Assembly: GCA_964354495.1 (NCBI GenBank)
Contig: CAYHAA010000029.1
Coordinates: 1-14,960, forward strand
Length of the DNA stretch: 14,960 bases
Source: an uncultured archaeon
Lineage (GTDB): Archaea > Asgardarchaeota > Thorarchaeia > Thorarchaeales > Thorarchaeaceae
Direction of reading: 5' to 3'
Shown one piece after another: positions 6,946-14,958 of the stretch. The notes below the pieces were generated by a model. That model was not told the origin of the DNA and made no database searches. It saw only the letters and a program-made list of their open reading frames with translations. A program made the position numbers and the translations under genes. Numbering within the stretch: position 1 is the first letter of the stretch; the number at the start of each line of letters is the position of its first letter.

Positions 6946-7863
6946 TTGAATAGTTATATTATCTCAGTTAATGATATAACAAAATCATTTGGACATGTCA
7001 AAGCATTGGATGGATTGTCACTTGATATGGAACCAGGCATCCTCGGGTTAATTGGACCAAATGGAGCTGGTAAGACAACTCTGCTTAGAGTATTATTAGG
7101 TCTTATCAAACCTGATAGTGGCTCTGCTAAAATCTTTGACAGCAATACTTCAAGTGATTCGAAGGACTTCCTTGGACGTATTGGAGTATTGCATGAGGAT
7201 CCATATTTTCCCCCTTTGATGACACCCAAACAATATCTCACTGATGTAGGGTTTCTCTATCATCAGAGAATCCCTGCTGATGAACTACTGGCGATGGTCG
7301 GTCTATTAGATGCAGCAGATCGTAAGATTAGGAATTTATCTGCAGGTATGAAAAGGCGTCTGGGACTTGCACAAGCGTTGGTAGGTAAGCCTGAACTTGT
7401 CTTGCTGGATGAACCAACCTCTAATCTTGATATAGTCGGACGAGATCAAGTCTTGAGATTGATTGCAGAGATACATCAAGAGAAGAAAGTTTCCTTTCTC
7501 ATAACATCACATATTCTATCTGAGCTAGAAAAGACTTGCCATCAGATAGCAGTCGTTGTGAAAGGCAAGATTATCGAGAAAGGCAGTATGGAGGAACTAG
7601 TGGAAAAACACACACAATGTAGATTCAGGGTGATGTCATCAGACTCCTTCAAACTGGAAAAAATCCTCAAGAAGGAGAAGGGAATCATTGATGTGCTTGT
7701 GGATGGCGCTAAGTCCGTTATCATTGAAGTTGCCCCAGATTATGAGGAGAATTTGGAATCCCGTTTGGAAGCTCTGACCAATGGCTCAGATATCAAATTC
7801 TATGGAGTGGAAAACACAGGAACTCTTGAAGATATGTTTAGGAGGCTGATTGGTCATGAGTGA
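6946..7863 (+). CDS. ABC-2 type exporter ATP-binding subunit
   Basis: Walker A GPNGAGKTT, signature LSAGMKRR, Walker B LLDEP, H-loop ITSH; TTG 6946 preceded by GGAGG (6933-6937). Confidence 0.95.
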   Translation: MNSYIISVNDITKSFGHVKALDGLSLDMEPGILGLIGPNGAGKTTLLRVLLGLIKPDSGSAKIFDSNTSSDSKDFLGRIGVLHEDPYFPPLMTPKQYLTDVGFLYHQRIPADELLAMVGLLDAADRKIRNLSAGMKRRLGLAQALVGKPELVLLDEPTSNLDIVGRDQVLRLIAEIHQEKKVSFLITSHILSELEKTCHQIAVVVKGKIIEKGSMEELVEKHTQCRFRVMSSDSFKLEKILKKEKGIIDVLVDGAKSVIIEVAPDYEENLESRLEALTNGSDIKFYGVENTGTLEDMFRRLIGHE

Positions 7864-8692
7864 AGATCAAACTCGAAAGTTTAGTGCTCATCGTCTTGAG
7901 ATTAGTATGTCGTATTCTTTTCCTGCAATCATAGGATTTCTCTCACTGTTCATTTATATTTCATCAGTTTCCCTGCAAGGCTTACCTGATTATGGAATGA
8001 CGTTATACTTACCAATTGGTTGGGATAGTATAACAATGACTGAGGAACTTGCTGCTGCCATTCGAACCATGACAACCCGTGCATCTGTCTTATCAATACT
8101 CAATTCCTTCTACATTGTTCTTCTGCTGATTCCTCTACTCATTGCATTCAACTTTGCTCTTAGCTTTGGTAATGGTCAAATTCGAACCTTAGTATCTTAC
8201 CCTATTGGGCGAGGAAAACTCCTACTTGTGAAGAGTGGATTGGTCTTCATTCTCATTACGACAGCTGTGAGTTTAGGAGGAATTATCGGGCTGATCTTCT
8301 TCTATCCCTTCTCTATAGATGTTGTCTTGTTAGGTCAGCTTCTCATCCCTCTCTGGATCACAGTCTTTCTCATTACATCTAGCTGTACATTCATAGCTGT
8401 CCTTTCAAGAAGTGCTCCAGTGACAGCTGTAGGGGGGATTGGTGTGTGGATTGGTGTGTTTGTAATGACTCCTTCACAGTCCATCCCATCTTTCTTAGTG
8501 TACGTGCTATATCCAATCTTAGCAGCAATTAACTATATCCTTCCAGATTCCCCGACTCCAAGTCCGAGTCCGCTTTCTCATCTATGGACAACATCAATGA
8601 ATGATGTTCTTTATGGATGTGGTGTTGCTCTTGTATTAGGGATATTGTTATTGTATCTCAGTATCATGGTGTTTCGTAGATTGGAGGTTTGA
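7856..8692 (+). CDS. ABC-2 type exporter permease
   Basis: About 6 TM helices; GQIRTLVSYPIGRGKLLLVK loop typical of ABC-2 permeases; start overlaps the ATPase 3' end, with GGAGG at 7841-7845. Confidence 0.9.
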   Translation: MSEDQTRKFSAHRLEISMSYSFPAIIGFLSLFIYISSVSLQGLPDYGMTLYLPIGWDSITMTEELAAAIRTMTTRASVLSILNSFYIVLLLIPLLIAFNFALSFGNGQIRTLVSYPIGRGKLLLVKSGLVFILITTAVSLGGIIGLIFFYPFSIDVVLLGQLLIPLWITVFLITSSCTFIAVLSRSAPVTAVGGIGVWIGVFVMTPSQSIPSFLVYVLYPILAAINYILPDSPTPSPSPLSHLWTTSMNDVLYGCGVALVLGILLLYLSIMVFRRLEV

Positions 8693-8695
8693 ACA

Positions 8696-9217
8696 GTGGA
8701 GCTAAGGCATCTCTGGAAATCTTTCATCGTACTTGGGATTGTTCTGGCACTGATATCATTCAGTCCAAGCAGTATTTTATCAACAAATGACGATCTAGTT
8801 GAAGGACTCTCTTTTGGACATCTGATACAATGCCCTGAAAATCCATACTTGATTGTCGATCAGCGGTACAATAATTCCCTCTCTTTGTATATCATGACCA
8901 CTGAAGAAGGTTTCAAACTCATAAATGGTACACCAATCGATAGCATAACAATCGTTTATAGTCTTGAGAATATAACAGAGTATTCTGGGTCCATTGATCT
9001 TCAAGAGCCCGGATTATATTTATTCTTTATCACAGCTAGCAACCAGTCTGAGGATGTATATAGCTATATCACTGTTCTTCGTGGAGTTCCACAATTTAGA
9101 GTCTTAGGTACTGGTCTTGTATTCATCTTATTGGGTATTTTGATACGGTATTACCCTTTTCCAAAACTGGTTCAATTGTATATGAGATATAGGAAAGATG
9201 ATTGTAATGAACAGTAG
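8696..9217 (+). CDS. Membrane-anchored accessory protein of the ABC operon (N- and C-terminal TM helices, beta-rich extracellular core)
   Basis: Starts 3 nt after the permease stop; hydrophobic termini; several N-x-S/T sequons. Confidence 0.75.
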   Translation: MELRHLWKSFIVLGIVLALISFSPSSILSTNDDLVEGLSFGHLIQCPENPYLIVDQRYNNSLSLYIMTTEEGFKLINGTPIDSITIVYSLENITEYSGSIDLQEPGLYLFFITASNQSEDVYSYITVLRGVPQFRVLGTGLVFILLGILIRYYPFPKLVQLYMRYRKDDCNEQ

Positions 9218-9248
9218 TCAGCCATTATGCTTCAAAACAAATTTATTT

Positions 9249-9452
9249 GTGGTCAAGAAGAAATGATGAAATCTATCTCTTAGGAAAAGAGCCACACGAA
9301 TGTCTCCATCGCTGAGATTGATTTTACACTTCTTCTGACCACCCCTTCAATGCAGCTAGCATGCATAAGTTTTGTGCTTTCATACTGATATATTGGGCAA
9401 AGAAAAGGTTAAATGAAGAGGATTGACCACAGTATTTGGGACTTTCGTGTGG
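9249..9452. repeat. Intergenic cluster of interleaved inverted repeats
   Basis: GTGGTCAAGAAGAAATG (9249-9265) vs CACTTCTTCTGACCAC (9327-9342); third TGACCAC at 9424-9430; CCACACGAA (9291-9299) vs TTCGTGTGG (9444-9452). Confidence 0.65.
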
Positions 9453-9469
9453 TTTTTGGAGAAATATAT

Positions 9470-10022
9470 ATGAAAAATCATAAGAAAGTACTCCATACCT
9501 ATTTTGATGATTCTTGTTTCTTTTTCTATCTGTTATCCAGTTTCAGGTGATAGTACTACGAATTACTATGACTATAGTCCAGCTGAAATATATGGTGATT
9601 GGAATCCAACATATAATCGAGCGATCGAATATAGCTATAACTCTGTCTATAGGTGTGATCTAGTGTTTGAATTCACTGGAGTCACTCAAAGTGCGGATTC
9701 ATACTGGATTAATCTGGATTCTTTCATCTCGGTAGTAATCGCCTCAATCCCTATATTCCTCGTTGCTGTGAGCTTCTGGGCTAAAGGATTCGAAGTGGCT
9801 GTAGGTGGAATTGTTGCGACCTACTATCTGACACAGACTGCTATGCTGTTCTTTGTATTCCAGGTTGCTCTATCACTCGGCGCTCTATATCTTGGCATTT
9901 CGGGCAGGATATCTGACGATGCATCGCTTAAGGAACAGAGGCTCAATTATTCAGTCGCTCTGTATATGTTTTCCATCGTAATCTTCTTGATTTGGGTGTC
10001 GGGCGCGTTCTACTTTACTTAG
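9470..10022 (+). pseudogene. Secreted/membrane hypothetical protein with an apparent +1 frameshift at its start
   Basis: Removing one A from the A5 run at 9473-9477 joins ATG 9470 to the 9504 frame, giving the signal peptide MKIIRKYSIPILMILVSFSICYPVSG. The C-terminal half has about 4 TM helices. Confidence 0.6.
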
Positions 10023-10090
10023 GTTCCCAATCATCTCGAAGGACATGGCGAGTGTAAATACTCTGCCGGTCATTCAATTCTGATGTGAAG

Positions 10091-10312
10091 ATGCCAGACA
10101 GAGATGCACACAAGAGAGCACTTGAGGCCTACTTGGAGACTGGCATATTTGGCATTCAATGGGCCATCGAGAGCCTGAGAGATTGTTCAATCAAGGAGTT
10201 CGACCAGATCGTTTCCGAACTACATGAGGAACATGGGAGATTCGTTGGATGGTCTGATATCAAAGAGATTCGCAGCGGACTAATTGCATCTCAATTCCGA
10301 GAGAGAGAATGA
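10091..10312 (+). CDS. Small helical hypothetical protein
   Basis: 73-aa ORF with amphipathic helical pattern, same strand as neighbours; ATG 10091 preferred over GTG 10085. Confidence 0.65.
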   Translation: MPDRDAHKRALEAYLETGIFGIQWAIESLRDCSIKEFDQIVSELHEEHGRFVGWSDIKEIRSGLIASQFRERE

Positions 10313-10394
10313 AGTCGGAGAATAGCCGAAAGAAGTAAGTTCATTCGAATGGTGATAAGAACTATTGTGCTCATAATGTAATCAGGCGACATCT

Positions 10395-10682
10395 ATGGAA
10401 CTAAATGACTTTGCGGAGTTTATTGAAAAGAAATACAATGACTTTGCGGACTATTATGCCAAACGAGATAAAAAACCGATTTGGAGTCTACATAGAGATG
10501 ATTCCGGTGGAGAAACCCGACAAGCAGTCTTTGAATTGGTTGTGTGTTGGCTACAATATGACTTACTTGAAAAATTGAATGATAGTAGTGAATCATTGGA
10601 GAAGTCAACGGACAGATTGAAATGGGCAACTTACATATTACTTGCTGCGACAGTTGTTCTATTGGTTATTGAGTTGTTATGA
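10395..10682 (+). CDS. Small tail-anchored protein with a short coiled coil
   Basis: LEKLNDSSESLEKSTDRLKW heptad-like segment followed by a C-terminal TM helix; internal NDFAE/NDFAD repeat. Confidence 0.75.
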   Translation: MELNDFAEFIEKKYNDFADYYAKRDKKPIWSLHRDDSGGETRQAVFELVVCWLQYDLLEKLNDSSESLEKSTDRLKWATYILLAATVVLLVIELL

Positions 10683-10818
10683 GGCTTGCGTGTGATCACT
10701 TGAGCACGAAACGGGCAACCATAATCCTGATTCGGAAATTCTTTTGCCTCTACGTCTAGTATCTTGGGAAAAGAAGAGTCTTAGCAAATCTTTTAGGCAA
10801 TTGAGCATTAAGGGAATC

Positions 10819-11802
10819 ATGTTAACGTCATTATATTTGCCTACTGAAGGATTGCAGGGCGAGGAGATCCCATCTCATGTGACATGGGAAAACATGGATT
10901 TTGAGTCGATTAAGATTTCCTTCCAAGCTCCACTGAAATTCAAAGAGGTGTATAACACTGAACATCCGGAAATTCACGATGATTGTATTATAGTCAAGAA
11001 CGTCGAAATGGAAGGGTACCTAGGTCTTATATTTGAATCAAGTAAAACACCAGCCATTGAACTTCATGCTCAAGTCACATACTCTATTTCCTTGTCGAGT
11101 GGTCAGGTCATGCAAGAAGCAAGAGAAATTTGTCTCTTTAGACCGGAACTAGTGATTCAAAGCGCGCCTGAAAGAATTAGAGTCAACCCCATCACTGGGT
11201 CTGCCGAGAATCAACTATTAATCAGAAATGTTGGAAGGGGAACCCTGATTCTGTATGTTGACACAATTGAAGAAAGCCCGCTTTCGATAGCGACTCCTGC
11301 CGATCAAAGTGAACTTCTTCAACGAATTGAGTCAGATTTTCGAGATGAAATGCTCAGATTGGAGAAAGAATTTCCACAGTTTCAACCTATTCTAGAAGAG
11401 ATGTTTGAATGGGAAGAAAGGAATTCCATACAAGTCATTAGAGAAGAAAGAGAAAGGTACGTGGACTACATGGACAGACTATCTAAGGCCATGATGAGCA
11501 ACAAGCAGTTTCTCTCAGAATTTCTCGGAGCGTATGCAAAGGTTGTTATTAAGAATATAGAAATACTAGAATTGATGAAAAGATTCGTTGAATTATATGA
11601 ATCGCTAATATCAAAAAACATTCTTCTAATGAACCCGCTTGATGAGATACTTGTAACAGATTCAGTTGAAGTGATACTACTGAGGATTTTCCAAACCGAC
11701 AGAATATTCAATAACTATGAGGATATCACACTGCCCAAAATTGAATTAGTCGGTGAAAACGCTGGCAGGGTTCCAGTTTACAATCTATTTGGGTGGGAAT
11801 AG
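10819..11802 (+). CDS. Hypothetical protein A (beta-sandwich-like regions with a long acidic helical insertion)
   Basis: 327-aa ORF from ATG 10819; residues upstream of it look non-coding. No family recognised. Confidence 0.85.
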   Translation: MLTSLYLPTEGLQGEEIPSHVTWENMDFESIKISFQAPLKFKEVYNTEHPEIHDDCIIVKNVEMEGYLGLIFESSKTPAIELHAQVTYSISLSSGQVMQEAREICLFRPELVIQSAPERIRVNPITGSAENQLLIRNVGRGTLILYVDTIEESPLSIATPADQSELLQRIESDFRDEMLRLEKEFPQFQPILEEMFEWEERNSIQVIREERERYVDYMDRLSKAMMSNKQFLSEFLGAYAKVVIKNIEILELMKRFVELYESLISKNILLMNPLDEILVTDSVEVILLRIFQTDRIFNNYEDITLPKIELVGENAGRVPVYNLFGWE

Positions 11803-11804
11803 TG

Positions 11805-12737
11805 ATGCCATTAGAACTTGCCGAAAAAATCTTTGGTGTCGGAGAACACATACATGAAATTCTGTCTAAGATTCCAAAGACCGAAATTCTGAACCGAGAG
11901 GCCAGCATAAATGTTCCTGAATCAACTGTTGACTATAGTCTAGCCATAAGAATACCGACTAATTTAAGAACCATAAGAAAGAGCATTAAATTTAATGCTC
12001 CTTCTATTACAAGAATAAACGTATCTTCCCTTTCTCCAATGCCTGTTTCCATAAGAGGAGCTATAAGGAAACTTCCATCCGGTCATGGCTTTGAATTATT
12101 ACCTGAACTATTGCCCTCTGACGCTGAAATAATCTCCATATCTGCCACTTACAGCATTGATGATTTTTCCTTGGTCGACAATCTAGTTCAAATAACGAAA
12201 ACGCATGATGCAGGCGGTCCCGATCAAAACGAATACTGGATGCATGCCCAGCTAAAACATCCAAATGTTCTATCGGGAAGATTCGGAAGATTTGATCTAA
12301 GAGATGTTGCAGTTAATGTTGATGTTGCTGTATACAATGAGCTTAAAACTCTGATACCCGGCCCGTTCGTTCGCCGATTGAGGATTTTCTTCGACCTATT
12401 AAAAGAAACAAATCCGCGCCAGCAATTCAAAGTCATTCCAACACTCCGACGGATGGCAATGCAGAAGAATGCTGGACGCGAGTTTGAAATCCTTGGGGAT
12501 TTAGAAACCCTGTTCATACCAAACGAATTCTCTAAGTTTGTGGAAGTACTTAAGGACTTCAGATATTCCACTTGCTATAAAGGTAGAGAGAGCTTTGATT
12601 TGCCAATGGAAAGGATTCCAAGGAAAATGGAGGTAGTTTCCAGAGCTGACCTTACTCTGGAAAAGCCAGCATCTGACGGAACTCTAATCTACAAAAAGGA
12701 TGAGTTCAAGAAGGCACTGAAAAAACTGTTCTCGTAA
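11805..12737 (+). CDS. Hypothetical protein B, translationally coupled to A (beta-rich with a basic helical insertion)
   Basis: TAGTGATG junction: A stop at 11800-11802, GTG at 11802, ATG at 11805; SD-like GGGTGG at 11791-11796. No family recognised. Confidence 0.85.
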   Translation: MPLELAEKIFGVGEHIHEILSKIPKTEILNREASINVPESTVDYSLAIRIPTNLRTIRKSIKFNAPSITRINVSSLSPMPVSIRGAIRKLPSGHGFELLPELLPSDAEIISISATYSIDDFSLVDNLVQITKTHDAGGPDQNEYWMHAQLKHPNVLSGRFGRFDLRDVAVNVDVAVYNELKTLIPGPFVRRLRIFFDLLKETNPRQQFKVIPTLRRMAMQKNAGREFEILGDLETLFIPNEFSKFVEVLKDFRYSTCYKGRESFDLPMERIPRKMEVVSRADLTLEKPASDGTLIYKKDEFKKALKKLFS

Positions 12738-12820
12738 GAATCGACCTTATTCTCGCTCCGTCGGAAAATCTCTTGCCATGTCCGTGCCCTCCAGGTACAG
12801 GTTTTTGTCAAAGAATGCTA

Positions 12821-12832
12821 TGTTTTAAAACA
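12821..12832 (+). promoter_or_regulatory. TATA box within the 12-bp palindrome TGTTTTAAAACA
   Basis: TTTTAAAA at 12823-12830 lies about 27-34 nt before ATG 12857, the spacing expected for a leaderless archaeal transcript. Confidence 0.55.
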
Positions 12833-12856
12833 CATCAGATGATATTGTGAATCAAT

Positions 12857-13549
12857 ATGATATTCGCGTCTCGAATAGAAAAGGTTGTTGAGCGACTCAT
12901 TGTTGCCTATGATGTCATTCGTTTCAACCTTAACAATGATATCGCCTGGTTCGATGAAACTTGTCCTCAAATGCAGAACTGTTTCTGGTTCCTCATAAAA
13001 CGTGCAATATCCACGCGTGACAATCTTCGACTATTCGGATCACTCTGGCCGACGATTGACCGCAACATGAAGAAACCGGAATACATACAGCGGGTCACGA
13101 TACTCGTATGGTCTGACTTCGTGTTCAGTCTCTCATCTGTAGAGTTCTTCCTGAAGAACATCATAAAGGCATCATTAAATGGTCCATTAGTGGAGTGGTT
13201 ACAGGAAAAGAGAGAGGCCGTTGAGAAAGAAGAGAAGTCATTTTGGATGTATCTTACAAATATCATGGAAGAGTCAAGGAAAAGGAAATTGATAAAGAAG
13301 CCAGAACTGAGAAGTTGGAGAGGTATGATTCAGCTACGAAATGTCATCATCCATAACAATGGTATGTTCGAAAAAGACGAGACACTGAACATTGGTGAGA
13401 TTGAGATATCTGCGTACGCAGGAAAGACCATAGACACAATGCTGATCAACTATCCCAAGTTCATCACGACACTCATTGCTCTGACGAGAGGCTGGATCGA
13501 GAGTTACCTGAAAGTGCACGAGTTAGAAAAAGAAGAGAAACAAGCATAA
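12857..13549 (+). CDS. HEPN-domain protein (putative RNase/toxin)
   Basis: All-helical protein with QLRNVIIHNNG, the R-N-x3-H HEPN motif (13337-13354), preceded by a conserved-looking FxLSSVEFFLK helix. Confidence 0.75.
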   Translation: MIFASRIEKVVERLIVAYDVIRFNLNNDIAWFDETCPQMQNCFWFLIKRAISTRDNLRLFGSLWPTIDRNMKKPEYIQRVTILVWSDFVFSLSSVEFFLKNIIKASLNGPLVEWLQEKREAVEKEEKSFWMYLTNIMEESRKRKLIKKPELRSWRGMIQLRNVIIHNNGMFEKDETLNIGEIEISAYAGKTIDTMLINYPKFITTLIALTRGWIESYLKVHELEKEEKQA

Positions 13550-13607
13550 TGCCGGTTGGAAAAAGCTTTGTCGCACCCTCGCGCTCAAGGTTTGCACATC
13601 AGGCATT
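13548..13607. other. 60-nt imperfect inverted repeat starting in the HEPN stop codon
   Basis: AATGCCGGTTG vs CATCAGGCATT (9/11 complementary); inner AAGCTTTG/CAAGGTTT pairs when G-T is allowed. Confidence 0.55.
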
Positions 13608-13658
13608 CCTATTTAAGAAAGGATATCTCACTCAAATCAGTAATTGAGGCGCATTCAT

Positions 13659-14174
13659 GTGCAGGCCGATACCAATACTCTGATCATAGCTTTAGGAATT
13701 TTAGTAATCATGTTCGTAACAATAGGGCTTTCAAGAATCTTCACAGACTTTTGGGATAATCTTCTGAGAAGAATCAAGGAGTGGCGAAATCCCGAAATCC
13801 AAATCAAAGTTGAACGGGCTGTTCACAAATTCGATGCAGGAGTGTTTCTGTATAGTACAGACTTGGTGTTTTCCAATACCACAGAAACAGAAACAAGAAT
13901 AGAAGACATAAAGATATTCGATAAACGAAAGCGTGAATTGGAATTCGTCACAAGAGGGCATACTGGACCAGTAACCTCATTTAACATTCAGGGAAATGAC
14001 CATCAGAAATGGTTCATCTTCTGTCGTCAAAAACAGACTGGAGAAACAACTCTTGTCAAACTGAAAGCATGCATTTATCGGACTGGCAAAAAAAAGACCT
14101 GTAAGAAATTCGAATCGAGGTTAGTTTCCGAAGGCGAATTTCCAACAGGGGAGTGGTTCATATTACCAAGGTAG
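13659..14174 (+). CDS. N-terminally membrane-anchored hypothetical protein with a basic beta-rich domain
   Basis: TM helix LIIALGILVIMFVTIGL; GTG 13659 preceded by TGAGG; alternating strand patterns. Confidence 0.75.
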   Translation: MQADTNTLIIALGILVIMFVTIGLSRIFTDFWDNLLRRIKEWRNPEIQIKVERAVHKFDAGVFLYSTDLVFSNTTETETRIEDIKIFDKRKRELEFVTRGHTGPVTSFNIQGNDHQKWFIFCRQKQTGETTLVKLKACIYRTGKKKTCKKFESRLVSEGEFPTGEWFILPR

Positions 14175-14231
14175 TATCCTTTTATGAAGTGGGCAATGTG
14201 TCTAGACTGCAAGTACGTAGGAGCAATTGTA

Positions 14232-14762
14232 ATGAGCAAACGTGAAATAGAAACCACTATAGAGCAAAAACTGAAGGAGATGAATAAAGTTGAACCGCCA
14301 GCGCTTCAGAGAGTATATTGGATAATTGCATCTTTGGCGGGCATGATCACAGCCCTCAGTTTATTGTTATCATTCATTGATGCTCTTCGTTTTGAGTATC
14401 TTCAAGTAATACTGATTTCTATGGATGTTGGATTGCTAATTACTGTCGTTCTTCTTGGTCTAAAAAAAGGAACGATTAACTGGTCCAAGTCACTTATACA
14501 GGCATTCAAAATGAAATGCGATGTGGATTCTCTGATTTTCGGATTTCGGCATAGTTTCAAAAACATCCCAATGAAAAAAGAGGATAGCACATTAGTTCGT
14601 GATACGATAATTGCGGTCAACAATTATGTGAATGCTGTAAGAATTGATTATCGTTTGGCGCTCGTGGAAAATAGACATGATCTCGCTAGTGATTTTCAGA
14701 AGGAGATAGAAGAATATAGAGAGGTAATAAAAGAATTCTCAGAACTACCTGAAAATCTATGA
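14232..14762 (+). CDS. Two-TM hypothetical protein with a helical C-terminal domain
   Basis: ATG 14232 preceded by AGGAG (14219-14223); two closely spaced TM helices, then a charged helical tail. Confidence 0.8.
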   Translation: MSKREIETTIEQKLKEMNKVEPPALQRVYWIIASLAGMITALSLLLSFIDALRFEYLQVILISMDVGLLITVVLLGLKKGTINWSKSLIQAFKMKCDVDSLIFGFRHSFKNIPMKKEDSTLVRDTIIAVNNYVNAVRIDYRLALVENRHDLASDFQKEIEEYREVIKEFSELPENL

Positions 14763-14907
14763 TTGATAAAAACGAAGAATGAATCACAGTCTGCGAAAAA
14801 TACATTTTCGTAACTAATTCACGTCATATGAATACATTTACCGTTCTGAAATAAAGAGTGGCTAATATGAACAAAGAGAGGTATAATCTCTTAAAATTGA
14901 TTAATCC

Positions 14908-14958
14908 CTAGTCTTCATCTTCCATTGGCGATTCTACGAGCTCCTTTTGCATCACTAC
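14908..14958 (-). CDS. Probable 3' end of a gene running in from beyond the window
   Basis: Minus frame reads VVMQKELVESPMEDED*; a 6-bp hairpin AAGAGA/TCTCTT (14874-14892) lies just downstream. Confidence 0.35.
   Translation of the reverse strand, partial: VVMQKELVESPMEDED

Noticed and set aside
8545-8575. PDSPTPSPSP low-complexity repeat in the permease
   Set aside because: Ordinary Pro/Ser linker in an extracellular loop.
1237-9217. RiPP/bacteriocin cluster (C39-like protease + rSAM/SPASM + Cys-rich small protein + ABC exporter)
   Set aside because: The protease is exported and not ABC-fused, the Cys-rich protein is a zinc-ribbon membrane protein, the ABC operon lies in compositionally different DNA beyond junctions, and no leader-core precursor is evident.
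10080-13602. CACATCAG/CTGATGTG at 10080, 12831 and 13595, and AATC(C)TGAT-like motifs in several spacers
   Set aside because: A few 8-mer triplets are expected by chance in this much intergenic DNA, and orientation and spacing are inconsistent.
4108-13607. Canonical integron attC sites
   Set aside because: None of the hairpins has RYYYAAC...GTTRRRY ends and no integrase is in the window; kept only as a non-canonical hypothesis.
13556-13759. This 67-aa ORF and the other short ORFs nested in or antisense to long genes (e.g. 185..517, 4266..4577, 11466..11711, 12224..12571)
   Set aside because: Shadow frames of well-supported CDSs or intergenic hairpins, with no motifs of their own.
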